The notes under the pieces: generated by a model | The model's database searches: none | The model's input: the letters and a program-made list of their open reading frames with translations, nothing else | Told to the model about the DNA's origin: nothing | DNA from: Octopus vulgaris | Taxonomy: Eukaryota | Direction: 5' to 3' | DNA: 64,000 nt | Assembly: GCA_951406725.2 (NCBI GenBank) | Contig: OX597833.1 | Coordinates: 41,974,001-42,038,000 of the forward strand | Position numbers and translations under genes: made by a program | Shown: positions 63,320 through 64,000 of the stretch, in pieces | Layout: each line of letters starts with the position of its first letter | Numbering within the stretch: position 1 is the first letter of the stretch

Positions 63320-63909
63320 TGGCTGGATTCATGTTAAAATCTCCTGAAGATGTGTATATGTCACTTACTCACTCGGCTATCTTGCCACCATCACCACCAG
63401 TAGCACCAGCAGTCAGCTACCACAGAATTTCCCATTTTATTCTTTCAGGCTGAAATATATTTCTACTAGTATTTAAAATTGGAACAGAGACAGTTCCTGA
63501 TTTGATTCTAATCCAATAATAGCAACAGTATTGAATAAGTTTATTATTGTTTTTTTGTTTCGCTTTCCAAATTAACCTTCATTAGCTTGAAGTCAAGACA
63601 TCTTTGCTGGCTGCTGGTATTTTCCCTGGAAATGTTTCTTGTCATATGTTAAGTTTTTGCTAAGTGTTGTTTCACTGAATATTTTATGTTTGATCTCCAT
63701 TCCTTCTTATAAAAACTGAACAAGACAAATCATATCAACATCATACATTTTTTTTTTTATATTTCCATTTTATTTCCTTTTTTTATTTGTTCTTCTAACA
63801 CAGCTGCTCACAACCTGTGCAGCAGCATCTCCTCGGGGCATTATAAGCTCTCAAAGGGACAGCAAATGTCAAGGAGACACTAGTGTTTAGTAAAATTATA
63901 TTTCTTTGA

Positions 63910-63915
63910 AATAAA
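63910..63915 (+). terminator. Candidate polyadenylation signal for Cks
   Basis: AATAAA about 590 nt after the stop codon; ATTAAA also near 63980. AT-rich context, so weak evidence. Confidence 0.4.
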
Positions 63916-64000
63916 ATATTTAAACCTAATACAAAACTTATATTTTAAACCCCTTTTCAAAAGAAAATTTTGTGTAAGGATTAAAATATATGAACAAAAC

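Overview
AT-rich, microsatellite- and repeat-dense animal genomic DNA. The SINE families and (TA)n/(GAT)n landscape look like a coleoid cephalopod, most likely Octopus (inference). One host protein-coding gene can be supported: a spliced Cks1/Suc1 (CDK regulatory subunit) gene on the + strand. Its three coding exons (56232-56290, 59584-59711, 63243-63319) give an intact 87-aa protein, and there is a probable non-coding first exon and CpG-rich promoter near 47540-47873. There is also a tRNA-Asn(GTT) with a damaged acceptor stem. The rest is transposon-derived: tRNA-headed SINEs (CORE-like and Meta-like), RTE LINE fragments (one near-intact 3' part with a PHD finger inside the RT), R4/Dong-like and CRE-like RLE retrotransposon relics, Penelope-like elements, two Merlin/IS1016 elements, a DD37D mariner relic, and piggyBac-type and hAT-type MITEs. 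Most ORFs in the supplied track are artefacts of microsatellites and SINEs. The most notable observations are: (1) several hammerhead-ribozyme motifs, including a tandem retrozyme-like unit of 559 nt and a family with an unusually large branched stem II showing covariation; (2) a same-orientation RTE 3' end lying 74-85 nt upstream of all three Cks 3' splice sites; (3) a 48-bp target-site duplication around a SINE. All coordinates were counted by eye; repeat boundaries are approximate unless TSDs or TIRs are quoted.
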